Shown here piece by piece: positions 25,666-37,612 of a DNA stretch of 64,000 nucleotides (its first letter is position 1; every line of letters begins with the position of its first letter). The DNA is taken from the NCBI RefSeq assembly GCF_024521635.1, contig NW_026250433.1, positions 62,001 to 126,000 of the forward strand. The letters are read 5' to 3'. The position numbers were made by a program, and so were the translations under genes. Under the pieces are notes generated by a model. The model was not told where the DNA came from, ran no database searches, and worked only from the letters and a program-made list of their open reading frames with translations. This DNA is from Tricharina praecox (taxonomy: Eukaryota).

Positions 25666-27478
25666 CGTGTGTGGTAACGAGGTGTCTCGGTGTGTGGTAA
25701 CGAAGCACGGTACTGGGATGAGGACAAGGACGGGGACGGGGACAAGGACGGGGACGGGGACGGGGACGGGAACGGGTGAAATCAAATCCAATCAGTCAGT
25801 CAAGCAACGAACTGTCTCCCGGCATGAGGTGGGTGGGTAGGTAGGCAGGCAGAACAAAGAAAGACACCACATAGAAGTGCTTCCGATATATATCCCATTC
25901 TATCCCTCGCACCCCTCCACCCCTCCTCCTCCACCAAAATCCCGTCATTCGGCCGCGTAACGGAACATACCTCCCAAGCCATTCCGTTCCCCAGCTGTGC
26001 TGCTGGAGCTTGCGCGGCTGCCCAGTGCCAAGTGACAAGTTCTCATTCTCGTTCGTGGGGCTGTGAATGTCATGTATGTGTGTACAGTCTGTACGCATGC
26101 GCAGCGGAAGAAAAAACACCGATTGACTGCCCGCCCGCCTGCCTGCCTGCCTGCCTGCCTGCCTGAGTTGCAGTGTAGTGCAGTGAGGGGTTCGTCCGCA
26201 TGGTACCTAGCCTGTGTTACTGTGTAGGGCTGTTTCTCGACCGAAATAACTCCGCCAGTAGGTAGTTAGTTGTGTAGTAGCGCAGTCACCGGTGACAGTG
26301 GCATGGGTGAGACAGGCTACAGCCCCCACAGCCGAACGGAGGATGTGAATGGTGGGATCTTCAATTGTGCTGCCAACATTTCGTGCGTATGTGGCGCGGT
26401 CGAGAGAAGGTTGGCGGTGGTACTGGTGGAGGTGTCCGACCTCGACCCAGGAAATCTGACGATACGGTACGGTATGTAGGCAATAGGCAGACAGTGAGTT
26501 GGTAGTGTACGAGTACAATACGTCGTATGGAATGATGAATCCAGATTCCGTGTGGCATGGCATGCAGGATTCCAGGCCGGAAATAGACAGCACTTGGCAG
26601 TGTTTCGAATACATTTCTCCGCGTCAGTTTCGCGATCGTTTACAAATTACACGTCCAAGTCCATCATCATCCCTCGTTTTCAACCGTCAACGGCCAAACT
26701 TGCTTGACAAGTGACAAGTGACAGGCCGACCAGCAGTGCACATTGTTTGGGCTGCACCTTGCAAACCAGCGGTCACAATAACAGTGCACATACCACACAG
26801 GGCAGGGGGAGGCCACGAGACTCGGAGCGTGTAGAGTAGTAAAGGTATTCTCGGGAAACAGGTGCAAATATAGATGTGCAAACACACGTACTCTACATAT
26901 CTGGAATCGAAAATCTTTCAGCTTGTCTCCCGTAATCAGTATGCATGGTATGTAGGCCCCGGACAATCCACAGCCGCTCGTGGCCGTTTACTGGTTGCTG
27001 GTTGTCTCCGCTTACTTATGCATAAGTACAGACCAGGTCTGAGTAAAAAGCAGCCGAGTGAGCGGTGATGAAGAAGGTATGGAGACCTCCACCCCGCCGT
27101 CTTACTTCAGGCTGACAAAATCGAGCTGACAGGACGGTGTGTAAAGCCGTCAACCCCATTGGCCGTAACGTAGGTCGCGCTCGGCTTATCGTTATCGCCG
27201 AGACTGCCGGAGTCGAAGACGGCAATCCTTTCCTAAGCGAGACCCACCTTGACTCCAGAGTCAATTTAGAGTGCTCTATATGTAAACAGGGACAAGGACT
27301 TCCAGCTACGTGGTTAGAACATAGGTCTGCTTAGAGGTTCCCTCAATTTACACCGAGATAGCGAGTTGCCGACCAAGCCTCTCCACTGAGTGCCGTGTCA
27401 ACATCGAATCGAATCTGCCATCATGTCCTCAACCATCTCCAGTCCCCTCGTGCTTCACCACTGTCCTCACCCGCAAAA

Positions 27479-29005
27479 ATGACGACCGGAATCGATTACA
27501 ATGAAGGTGGGCACTCTACACACGTCGAGTGTTGACAGGCGCTGATCGTGATAGTTGCAAAACACAACACCCGCGCCTCCTGCTGGGTGATAATCCACAA
27601 CCAAGTTTACGATGTAACGTCGTTCCTCGACTCGCACCCGGGTGGCGCAAACATCATCCTGCGGTACGCCGGGCGCGACGCGACCGCCGAATACGATCCG
27701 ATCCACCCGCCCGGGACACTCGAGGAGACGCTGTTCGCCAGCCAGATCTTAGGGCCGGTCGACGCCTCCACCATTCCGGTGTCCACGCCCTCGACAACAA
27801 CCACATCGCAGCAAGCGGCGGAACAAGTCCCTCTGCCGCCACTGCACACGCAGCTCTCGCTCGCCGACTTCGAGAAGAGCGCAAAGAGCGTCCTCTCCCC
27901 AAAGGCGTGGGCCTACTACTCCTCCGCCGCGGACGACGAATACACCAAGGCGCACAACAACCGCGTCTTCCGCTCCGTGCTCCTGCGCCCGCGGATCTTC
28001 CGCGACGTGCTGTCCGTGGACCTATCCACGACCCTCCTGGGCACGCCCGTGCGCCTCCCGGTGTTCATCTCGCCCGCCGCCCTCGCGCGTCTCGCGCATC
28101 CCTCCGGCGAAGCGGGCATCGCCGCGGCCGCAGGCCGCGCCGGGGTGATCCAGTGCGTAAGCAACAACGCGTCTCTGCGACCGGAACAGATCAGCGCCGC
28201 CGCCACCGCGCCACTCTGGTTCCAACTCTACGTGCAGACCGACCGCACCATCAGCGAGCGGCTGCTCGCACGGATCTCCGCTCCCACCAGCGGCTACACC
28301 GCAATCGTGCTCACGCTCGACGCGCCGACGCCGGGGAAGCGCGAAGCCGACGAGCGGGTCGCGAACGTTGCAGCCGCTACCTCCGCCGCGTCCGGGCGCG
28401 GAATCGCCGGCCCCACGCCCTCGCAGGGCGAAGGCCTAGGCCGCGCACTGTTCGCCGGCACGGAGCCGTCGCTCACCTGGACCGACCTCGAGTGGCTCCG
28501 CAAGCACACGCACCTCCCCATCATCCTCAAGGGTGTGCAGACGCACGAGGACGCGCTGCTGGCGTGTGCGCCGGCTGCGCGCGCGCTGGGCGTGCGCGGG
28601 ATTATCCTGTCGAATCATGGGGGTCGCGCCGCCGATACCGCCCCGCCGCCGCTGCTGACGCTATTGGAGATTAGGAGGCATGCGCCCCAGGTGCTGGGGT
28701 TGCTCGAGGTTTATATCGATGGCGGGATTAGGCGCGGGACTGATGTGGTGAAGGCGCTGGCACTGGGTGCTAGGGCGGTGGGGATTGGGAGGCCGGCGCT
28801 TTTTGGGCTGGCTGGGTATGGGGAACAGGGCGTCGAGAGGGTGATAAAGATTCTCGAGGAGGAGGTCACTACTGCCCTCAGGCTGCTGGGCGTTAATAGT
28901 GTCCATGAGGTCGGGAGGAGACATGTTAATGCAGGCTTGCTGGTTAGGGAGATGGATGTGGATGAGGAGGGGGAGGGGCTGTGGGGGTTGAGGGCGAAGC
29001 TTTGA
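27479..29005 (+). CDS. FMN-dependent alpha-hydroxy acid dehydrogenase with N-terminal cytochrome b5 domain (flavocytochrome b2-like), 2 exons (27479-27506, 27555-29005), ~492 aa, C-terminal PTS1 AKL
   Basis: VAKHN..CWVII..VYDVT.FL..HPGG heme motif, WAYYSSAA, WFQLY, ILKG, SNHGGR, DGGIRRGTDVVKALALGA. Ends in -AKL. Confidence 0.92.
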
Positions 29006-29030
29006 GGGGGTGGGGATCGTGTCCGTGGGG

Positions 29031-29535
29031 TGCTTATAGATACTTAGATAGGGAGAGGAAAATGATATCCTGTATGTAGAAAAGTTTTGTAGCAAATTGG
29101 TACCAACATTGTCACTCGTTGGAAGGCGATTATATTTCACCGTTTCATCACTCGCAGGACATTGTTCGTGCATTGGACCCGTATAGGCAGTGATATGCTT
29201 ATAGAGGTAGATGCAGTGGGGAATGATATCCCGTATGTATGTAGAAAAGTCTGGTAGCAAATTGGTACCAACATTGTCACTCGTCGCGAGGCGATTATAT
29301 TTCAGTTTCACAATCTCATCACTCGCTGGGCTTTGTCAGTACATTGGGCTGGTATAAGTAAGTAGGTAGTGAGATGAATATAGATGGAGTGAGGAGAGTG
29401 ATATCCCGTATGTAGAAAAGCTTTGTATGTAGCAAATTGGTGCCAACATTGTCACTCGTCGCGAGGCGAGGCGATTATGTTTTACAATCTTATCACTCGT
29501 AGCATTGTCAGTACTACTTGTATACATTGGACCGA
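29031..29535. repeat. Three diverged tandem units of ~160-175 bp
   Basis: The core TGATATCC.GTATGTAGAAAAG..GTAGCAAATTGGT.CCAACATTGTCACTCGT..AGGCGATTAT recurs starting near 29062, 29223 and 29398. Confidence 0.85.
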
Positions 29536-30249
29536 TAGTAACATTACGATCATATTGCCATGATCTAGATATGTAGGTCGCATGCAACCTAGGTATCTAG
29601 ATCATGCCAATATCTACCCGTTCACTCCCCCGTTTTCCCGCCCAGCGATTACAGAGGAGATCGGACAACAGAGGCTACCTATTGCAATCGAAGGAGAAGC
29701 ATGCTTACATGAATACCTACACGAAGCAGAAGCATGAGTACACGAAGCAGAAGGACGGAGAAGATATCGAGAAGGAATGCTGGAAGCCGGAGGAGAACCG
29801 ACCAGAAACAAGGAGCAGATTTGAAGGAGGAGGAACGGGAGGACAGCAGAAAGGAAACAAGACTGGAAAAAAAAGAAGAGATGCGAATGCCAAAAATAGG
29901 AATTTGCATCGCATTGCGCATGCGGAAATTACTATACATAGAAGAGAAGAGAAGATGGGGGGGCAGAAGTAGTTGGAACTTGGAAGGTGGGTTCGCGTAG
30001 GCTATCGGGAGATTCTGCTGACTGGTTGGCTGAGGGACGGTGGGTTTTGATAGAGAGGTGCTGTGTGTTAGACTCTGAGGGATCACTCCCTCCCGACAGG
30101 TAGGTAGTGCTATCTACCGATGTAGCCTTTTAAACCGTTCCAATAGCTGTTCCCGTGTCGCATCATTCCCGCTGTGCAGTGCATCAGCAGGGTGGAATGT
30201 ACCTTCTCGGTCGCGGTCGGGGTCGCCGCGTTCCCTCACTCGCCGTTCT

Positions 30250-31450
30250 CTATCTATCCGCCCGAATCCCCGCCTCTTGCTCGCTCGCTCTCCTTACATC
30301 TTCATCAAGAGTCCACTCCTCCTCCTGCGTATCTCGCAGGTAGTTATGTACTATGCAAGCAACGAGGAACCACAGCGCGACCTTCCGGTTGTTTTCGTCG
30401 TCCTGAACGCGGATGCTGACGGAGGTGAGAAACGGAAACCGCGCTTTCAACTGCGCGAACGTGTGTTGTATCGACACGGCCCGTTGTAAACTCAAGCTGG
30501 TGTTGAACTGCGTCTCGTCTGGAAGGTTCGCTCGGGGTGGAGGGAACGGCGGTATCATGTGCGACGTTGCCACATGGCCAACGTCGCCGATGAGGTATTC
30601 CGCGTCTGAAAAACCGCGCTGGCTCGGCGCATATCGCCGTGTGCGAGAAGACACGTGCGGCAGCGTCGTCATGGACAGCAGCACTGGTGGTGTCGCCGGT
30701 GTCTCCGGTCCGCAGCCAGATGATCCGCCGGGTATCGTCGCAGATAACGGTCGCATGCAACGCATACTTGGTGTGCTTCGTGTGGTTGAAATAATCATAG
30801 GCCCCATGCTGCGGCGGATATTTCAAGACGATGTGGGTACTGTCGATGAAGCCGACAGCATGCTCAAAGATCCCGAGAGATTTCTCGCCGATCCGGCTGC
30901 TGGTAGCCTTCCGTTCCTCTTCATTCGGCCATTTGATGAACGTCGCCGTCAACGACCGCAGCGCCTCGAGCACACGGTTGCTATAGAGCGAGATCGTGCC
31001 CTCTCCCACACCCAGTGCGGCACTGGAATCCTCGTAACTTGCACCTCCGGGGCGGCCCAGGTAGTACAGAAAGATCGCCAGCTGGTACCGCGGGTGCAGC
31101 TGTGGATGCTGCAACCCGTTCTTGAACACCTCATGATTTTCCACGAGACCACACAGGCCTCTAAACTGCTCCGGCATCATACGAAACATCATTCGGAATT
31201 TCGCACTGTCGTCGCTCCCGTAGAGCGCATCAAACCACCGATGCACAGCGTTCGCCGGCGGGATCTGCAGGTTGTTCCGTGGTGCCCAATACCGCTTCTG
31301 CTGTATTCTGTCACGGATGGCGGCTAGATCTTCGGCGAAATCGTCGGCTGTATCTTCGCTGTCGTTGAAGATTGAGTTGAAAATCCGGGTTCTGCGGATA
31401 GACGCGTCGAGCGCTCGGAGGACTTGTTTTTTCCGTGACACGCGAGGCAT
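30250..31450 (-). pseudogene. PIF/Harbinger (HARBI1/DDE_Tnp_4) transposase, frameshifted
   Basis: FRM..EQF, QLAIFLYYL, GVGEGT, IKWP, GFIDSTHI and VHD lie in one frame. After a +1 shift near 30609-30613 come YLIGD, FNTSLS..R..IQHTFAQLKARF and ACIVHNY. The catalytic E appears as Q. Confidence 0.85.
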
Positions 31451-32128
31451 GATGTTGGTGCTTTGGTGCAGTGTTCGGAATTCAGAAGCTTCTCATATTA
31501 TATAGGTAGCAACGGCTCATGGACCTATAGAGCTTCATTTTTGCTCTATTCCTATCACGGCACTCGAGGAGTCGAGGTAAGCAAATCACACCGCATTTCC
31601 CCCACACCTCCGTCTCCGCTTGGGCACGCTAAAGTCCAACAACTGCTCCTCGAACAACACCTTGAGGACCCTTACTTGGCCAACCCAACTTTCGTCAGGC
31701 GGCCCGATGTGGCTTTCCCTGCCCGGTCACGCCTACATAGTCGGGGAGTGTGGGGGAGTCAGTGTTTCCACAATGAGCAAGTGATCCGAACTGTGTATGA
31801 ACGGACTGCTACAGTCTAAGATAGACTGAATACGAGTATGATCAGACAAGACCACGATCACGATCACGACCACGACCACCACGACCAATCCTCTTCAGTA
31901 ACAAAAAAGCACAACGATTTATTCCCATCGTAAGCCGTTACAAACATCATCGTACCAAGTAGAGTAGTATGGATATATCAATCAATCAAAGAAGAAAAAA
32001 ACATCCTCAAATGCCCCGCATCCACAAAGAAAAGAAAAGAAAAGTAAAGTAAACATCAATATTTAGCGAGACCCAACATTATCGCCTCCACCATGGTGGT
32101 ATAAGAAAAATCGTAAACCACATCAAAT

Positions 32129-34102
32129 CTACTGCCTAGGCCTGGACGACGCCCTCCTGAGCCCCTCCGCCGCGGCCTCGCCAACTCTATACGCCACCTC
32201 CTGCGCGACAACATTCCTATAATCGCCTCCGCCCTCGCGACGATCATTCGAGGGTCCGCCACCGGAGATAGCTTGGCGCAACATGCCGCCGACGCCACTG
32301 CCGCGTCTGCTGCGGGTACCCGTCGCGCTGGAGCCAGAGCGCACACTCGACTCATCGTCGTGGTGTCTACGCTCGCGATGGGGGCGATGTTCGCCCTGCT
32401 CGCGGCGATGGCGCCGGCGGTTTGCGCCGTCGGCTGACCGTGCGCGCCGCTCCTCCTTGCGTTTTTGGTGCTGCCGCTCGGCCAGGGCGCCGGCCACGGT
32501 CACTGCGGCGGCTTTTGCGAGCGCCGCGCCACGAGACGTCGATCGCTGTCGTGGCGGAGACTGTGTTCTGCTGCGGCGACGGAGGATCCCGGGACGAGAC
32601 TGGGAACGCTCGCGGTGCTGCTTCGCGCGGTGAGCTGCAGCTGCAACGCCGGCAACTGCGCCGGCGCCAAGAGCTGCGTTGCGGAGCTTGTGGGAACTGC
32701 TTTCGGTGGAGGAAGTAGAGGAGGTGGATGAGGAGCGGCGGCGACGGAGGATTCCCGGGCGAGATTGGGAGCGGGCTCTGTGCGCTGCTGCGCCGAGGCC
32801 CATGGCCGCGTTACGCACCCGGTGGTGGCCGCCGGCTGAAGTTGTGGAGGAGGCCGATGAAGAGCGGGAGCGCGAGCCGCGGCGGCGGCGGTCGTGTATC
32901 ACTTTGGCTGCGATGCCGGCGGCCGTGGCGGCACCCACTCCGGCAGCGACTTTACGCCCGCGGTGCGTGCTACGTCCATCGTCCGAGTCATAATCGGAAG
33001 AGACGGATCCGCGGCGGCGACGCTCAGCGTACTTGTGTGCTGTTAGTCCTGCGGCCGTGGCGCCAAGTGCCGCTGCGGCGACGTGGCGGCCCATGTGTGA
33101 TCTAGCACCACCCTCGCCGTCGGATGAGCTCGCCGAACGAGAGCGGGCCCGTCGTCTGCGGTGGTCGTAAAGTTCCTTTGCAGCCCCCGCAGCGGCGATT
33201 CCCAGACCGGCTTGGGCAAGGTGACGAACACGACGGTTGGGGTCGTCGTCTGGGTGTCCGGGGTGTCCGGGATGTCGCATATGTTCTTGTTGGTGCTCCC
33301 GGTGGTGCTCGTACAATCTCTGGGCACCTATCGTTCCAGCGCCGGCCTCAGCAACCCGGCGGATACGGTGGTGTCCTCCCCGGCTGGCACGGCTTTCACT
33401 GTCCGAGGATGAGGCCGATCCCGAGCGACGATGACGGCGGTAGAGCTGTTGTGCTCCGAGAGCTACGGCTCCGCCTTCAACGATGTGTCGGACAGGGTGT
33501 GATGAGTGTGACGAGCCCGCATGTGATCCGACGTGCGATCCGGCGTGTGACTCGGGATGACCTTGGTACATCGGCCCAGGTGACCGGCGCACCCTCCTTC
33601 GCTGACCGGCGACCAGAGATCCGGCACCCACCACACGCCCGGCCATACCGCCACGTCTCGATCCATATGCAGATCCATCCTCGTGGTAATATTCCTCCCC
33701 ATCACACGACGAGCAATACGAATCGTAGTCGTAGTCGTCATACCCCACGCTCCTCGCCCTGCCCCTCCGCTCTCTCTCCCGCTCGAAAGCCATCTCGCTG
33801 TGTCCGCCGCTGCGGCGATAATACCGCCTAACGCCGCCATGCTGCATACCGCCCGCCGGCTCTATCACGTATTCCCGTTCGCGGATGAGCTCTACCTCCT
33901 GCGGAGGAAGCTGGATGATGTGGTCTTGGTGGATTACCAGCGGGGACCGTGGCCGCTCGTATTCTACACGATGTGGGGGCAGGTCGATTACGGATGAGGA
34001 CTGGTTGCTCGAGATTTCGATTAGGCGCTCGCGCTCGATGTAGTGCTTTGGGCGGCGCATCGAGGGGGGAATGAGCATCTCGTCGTCGAGAACTACCGGC
34101 AT
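32129..34102 (-). CDS. Arg/His/Ser-rich, largely disordered protein with repeated AAAG.GA blocks (DUF3824-like), 657 aa
   Basis: Single long ATG ORF. Repeated units such as HRVRNAAMGLGAAA and HKLRNAALGAGAVAG are separated by RRRSSSSS tracts. The family assignment is by resemblance only. Confidence 0.7.
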   Translation of the reverse strand: MPVVLDDEMLIPPSMRRPKHYIERERLIEISSNQSSSVIDLPPHRVEYERPRSPLVIHQDHIIQLPPQEVELIREREYVIEPAGGMQHGGVRRYYRRSGGHSEMAFERERERRGRARSVGYDDYDYDSYCSSCDGEEYYHEDGSAYGSRRGGMAGRVVGAGSLVAGQRRRVRRSPGPMYQGHPESHAGSHVGSHAGSSHSSHPVRHIVEGGAVALGAQQLYRRHRRSGSASSSDSESRASRGGHHRIRRVAEAGAGTIGAQRLYEHHREHQQEHMRHPGHPGHPDDDPNRRVRHLAQAGLGIAAAGAAKELYDHRRRRARSRSASSSDGEGGARSHMGRHVAAAALGATAAGLTAHKYAERRRRGSVSSDYDSDDGRSTHRGRKVAAGVGAATAAGIAAKVIHDRRRRGSRSRSSSASSTTSAGGHHRVRNAAMGLGAAAHRARSQSRPGILRRRRSSSTSSTSSTESSSHKLRNAALGAGAVAGVAAAAHRAKQHRERSQSRPGILRRRSRTQSPPRQRSTSRGAALAKAAAVTVAGALAERQHQKRKEERRARSADGANRRRHRREQGEHRPHRERRHHDDESSVRSGSSATGTRSRRGSGVGGMLRQAISGGGPSNDRREGGGDYRNVVAQEVAYRVGEAAAEGLRRASSRPRQ

Positions 34103-36414
34103 GTTTGCGGGAGTTGTGGGAGTTGAAAGTGTTGGATGTGTTGCGGTCTAGTGTTCGTGTGAAGATGTGCGATATGTAATAGCGATCTTCGTTCGGTCAG
34201 ATATTTATATAGCTGTGGTAGTTGTGGCGGTGGAGGAGATGGAGGAGATGGTGAGGATAGCAGTGTTGTTGATGTTGCAGTCGACGCTGATAACTGGGGC
34301 CGGGAGTAGGATGATGTGAAGGAGGAAACACAAGATATGAGGGCGAGCGGGGGGTGGATAAGGGGCAGGACGGCCTCCTACTGACCAATATCCCGAGGGC
34401 AGTGTACCTCCACCAGACCGAGCATCTTGACGAGGCGGACGGGTTTCGCAGGTGCTGCCTGCCTGGCTGTCTGGCTGCATCTGGTGACGTTTGTGTTTCC
34501 GTTTCCAAGTCTTGTCAGCACGGCGCGGATCCGGCCACGATCCCTGTCGATGATGCTCCCGTACATGCGGCGCGCTGCGTCATCGTGCGGGGACACTGCC
34601 ACAGCATTCGAGAATCCTCCAACAAAAACGACGGGCGGAAGTGCGGACGGTTAATGTGACGAAAGACTTCAGCTTGGGCTGCGGAGAGCAGAGCAGGTTT
34701 GGAGGGCGGAGGTGGGAGGAGGCCCCATGTAGATACTTGGTGGCCCATGTAGGTAGGTTGGTATGGCACTTATTACCCTGGAGAAGAAGGGAAAGAAGGA
34801 CGTGATGATCCCCCATGACGATCGCTCTGCATCGGAAGGCACGGTCGCTGTGGAGTACCAAGGTACCCAGGGGAGCTGCTTACTAGTATAGTCGGCCCGT
34901 AGAGGCACGCTCGGCCGGCGGACCGAGGCCCAACAGTCGGAAAACGTCCACAGGACTGTGGGCTCGAGACCAGCCTCTTGCACTGCCATCTTCCACAGCT
35001 TCCACAGATTCCGCAAGCCCGCCGCGATCTCCCAAAAGAAAAACCCCCAGGCCGGCTGTCGTTCGCGAACACGCAAAGAAAATCTATACCAAAGGGCTGC
35101 AAGCCCCTCACCTCTCAACGATCCGTTTGCTACGCGGACGCCGATTATTGGCGGCCCTCGACTCCTCGCTCTAGAAACACATATCTAGGCAACTCCTGAG
35201 CAGTGAGAACTCGAGTCACGGCCGCAGCAGCAGCAGCAGCGCAGAAATGGGAGCGCATACAGCGATACGATACGGTATGCAGTCAACTGCGTGCGTGCAC
35301 TTTGTTTCCTTCGCATTCGCTGTGTGGTCGGGTCTCATGACGGGCTGACAGGCCGGATTGGCACGTGCTATGCTATGTGGTATCCTTGCCCCGCTGTCGC
35401 TGCAGGTGGGGATTCGCGAGAACATGAGGAAGTGTAGAGTACGGTATGATATTGGATGAGGGGAGAAATTCTACGGCGGATGGCACTTCTAGACTCCAGA
35501 ATATTCGTCCCCATACAGTATCGGGAACACTCCGTTATTGGTTACAATTTTATCCCCAGTAGTTACCCACTGTGTGATCGAGTCTCAGCACAGAATCCAG
35601 AGCTTCGCTGTCATCTCTGTGCGTGCTCGCGATCTCGGCTCCTCCAAGCTCATCCGCCCTGGTCGGAGTAAGGCTACTAGTACTGGGGACGGGGTAAAAC
35701 CCACTACATGCCTCCCCGCGGTCGACGTTCATCCAGGCGGTACATACCAGAATCTCAAGCACTTGCCAGCCGCGCACAGCACAATCACACTCACAGCCAC
35801 CAGAGTTGGCGTGCGACTGTGATACTCCAGAAGCAATACGCGATGTGGACAATCGATCAATCAAAGGTCTGTGGGTGCGTCCACGGCCCCCGGCACAAAT
35901 TACAATCCCTTCGCCTCAGGAGTCAGGATTGAAGCTGGGTGCACTGCAGGATTGATGGATTTACGGGATGTGGGGTGAGAGCGGTAGAGACTGTACATAC
36001 TTGGGCCAAGTCTTAGCTACATACCTTTGGAAGAGATCGAACGAAGACTGTCCTGCGACGCAAAAACTCAAGATATCGAGTGACATCGCATGCATAGATC
36101 TCGAACCGATGACACTCTTCAGGCCATATGTCGACATCGACATCGACATTACCGGGTACCTGAAAGGGGCCATTGAACGAGGACTTTGATTTAGCCGCAA
36201 CCTCAATAGCTTTCCATTCTACATCAACACTCATCCCGGGCTTCTGCGAAGAAGCCCCATAATATCTCCGAGTGAGTCACAGCGGATGATCTGCAGGACC
36301 TCGTATACCTATATCCGCTTCTATCCCAAGTTCCATCATCACCCGCGTGGGGCATATAAATACCCGCCAGCCCAGCAGGCCAGTGGCCAGACCTCTATCG
36401 CCTCGTACCCACCA

Positions 36415-37020
36415 ATGCCCTCCTCAGTCCACCCCCCACTCACAGGCGGCTGCCTCTGCGGCTCCATCCGCTACACCATAACCTTCCCGCCGGGGAGCGT
36501 GTATCCCCCTCCCGTACGTCCCCTCCCCTCCCCCTTCCCTTTCCCCCCCTTCATCCACCTCCTAATCCCCCCACCTCTCTAGCGGAGCACCTGCTCATGC
36601 GCGCAATGCCGGCGCACCACCGGCGGGCTGATGGCACACCTCCTGACGATCCCACCTGCTCACATACACTGGCACACCCTCCCGCACATCCTTCCGCACA
36701 CCCCAGCGCCCCTATCCCCCCCATCACCCACCAGCAGCAGCAGCACCTTTCGCGAATTCGCCTCGTCGCCCCAGAAGCTGCGCGGGTTCTGTGAAGCCTG
36801 CGGGAGCTCGCTGACAAGAAGGTGTATGTCCGCGGAGAGACAGGGGGAGATTGAGGTGCTGGTGGGGACGGTTGATGAGGAGGGGATAAGCGGGATGGAG
36901 GGTAAGGAGTTGGCGGCGCCGGATGGGGTGGGGGAAGGCGGGGATGGAATTGGGGGTGTGGCGGATGGGAATGGCGGGGAAGGCGGGGAGTTGTGGGTGG
37001 GGGGGAGGGGGGAGGAGTGA
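36415..37020 (+). CDS. GFA/CENP-V (Mss4-like) zinc-binding protein, 2 exons (36415-36513, 36583-37020), ~178 aa
   Basis: LTGGCLCGSIRY, CSCAQCRRTTG, RGFCEACGSSL. The intron GTACGT..CTAAT..TAG keeps the frame. Confidence 0.85.
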
Positions 37021-37612
37021 GGAAGAGGTATTTGAGGGTGATTATGCATGGGCGAGGGATGGGATGTGTTGGGTGGGATGTTCCTATATGTATATACACA
37101 TGTATGTCCCTTTGAGTCGGGGATGAGTACTTGGTTAATTATGCATTCTGTGTAGAAAATACATCGGTATGTACATACAGTGGTAGCACCCAAGGGCCAA
37201 CGAGGAAGCGTGGCTTATGTACGGCGTCATGCATTCCCCGATTCTTCCGCCTCAGTCTCTGTCTCTGTCTCCAGGTAAATACATATCCATCTTGCCCTAA
37301 TGCATACAAGGAACTCCACAATCCAGTGCCAAGTTTGAACCTGCCAAGATCGGCGTGGACTCCTCGATGGTACCTACCTATCGGAGCAATCTTCCGCGAT
37401 GTCTGATATCGACACGAATAGCTGTAGTGGCGGTACGAGTACATAGAGTACCATGGGTTCGGTATTCTTCGGATGGTATCTCTATTCGATATTTCTACAA
37501 AGCTCATCTTGCCCCGTCTAGGTACCTATCTATCAGAGACCATGTAACGCATATACATAACCGTCATAAAAACATCCACCGTCTCTTTCTACTCCTAGGC
37601 CCTAGCATCCGT

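Noticed and set aside
9696..29005. Peroxisomal or metabolic gene cluster (PEX11 plus PTS1 enzyme)
   Set aside because: The genes are 17 kb apart with unrelated genes between, and there is no backbone biosynthetic enzyme.
29031..29535. CRISPR-like or snoRNA array
   Set aside because: Eukaryotic context, units too long, linkers homologous to each other, no cas genes, and no paired C/D boxes.
30125..31565. Possible TIRs around the Harbinger transposase
   Set aside because: Only patchy similarity (CCGT..AATAG); no convincing inverted pair or TSD.
35960..36240. Possible decayed gene fragment
   Set aside because: Short ORFs on both strands with no motif I can identify.
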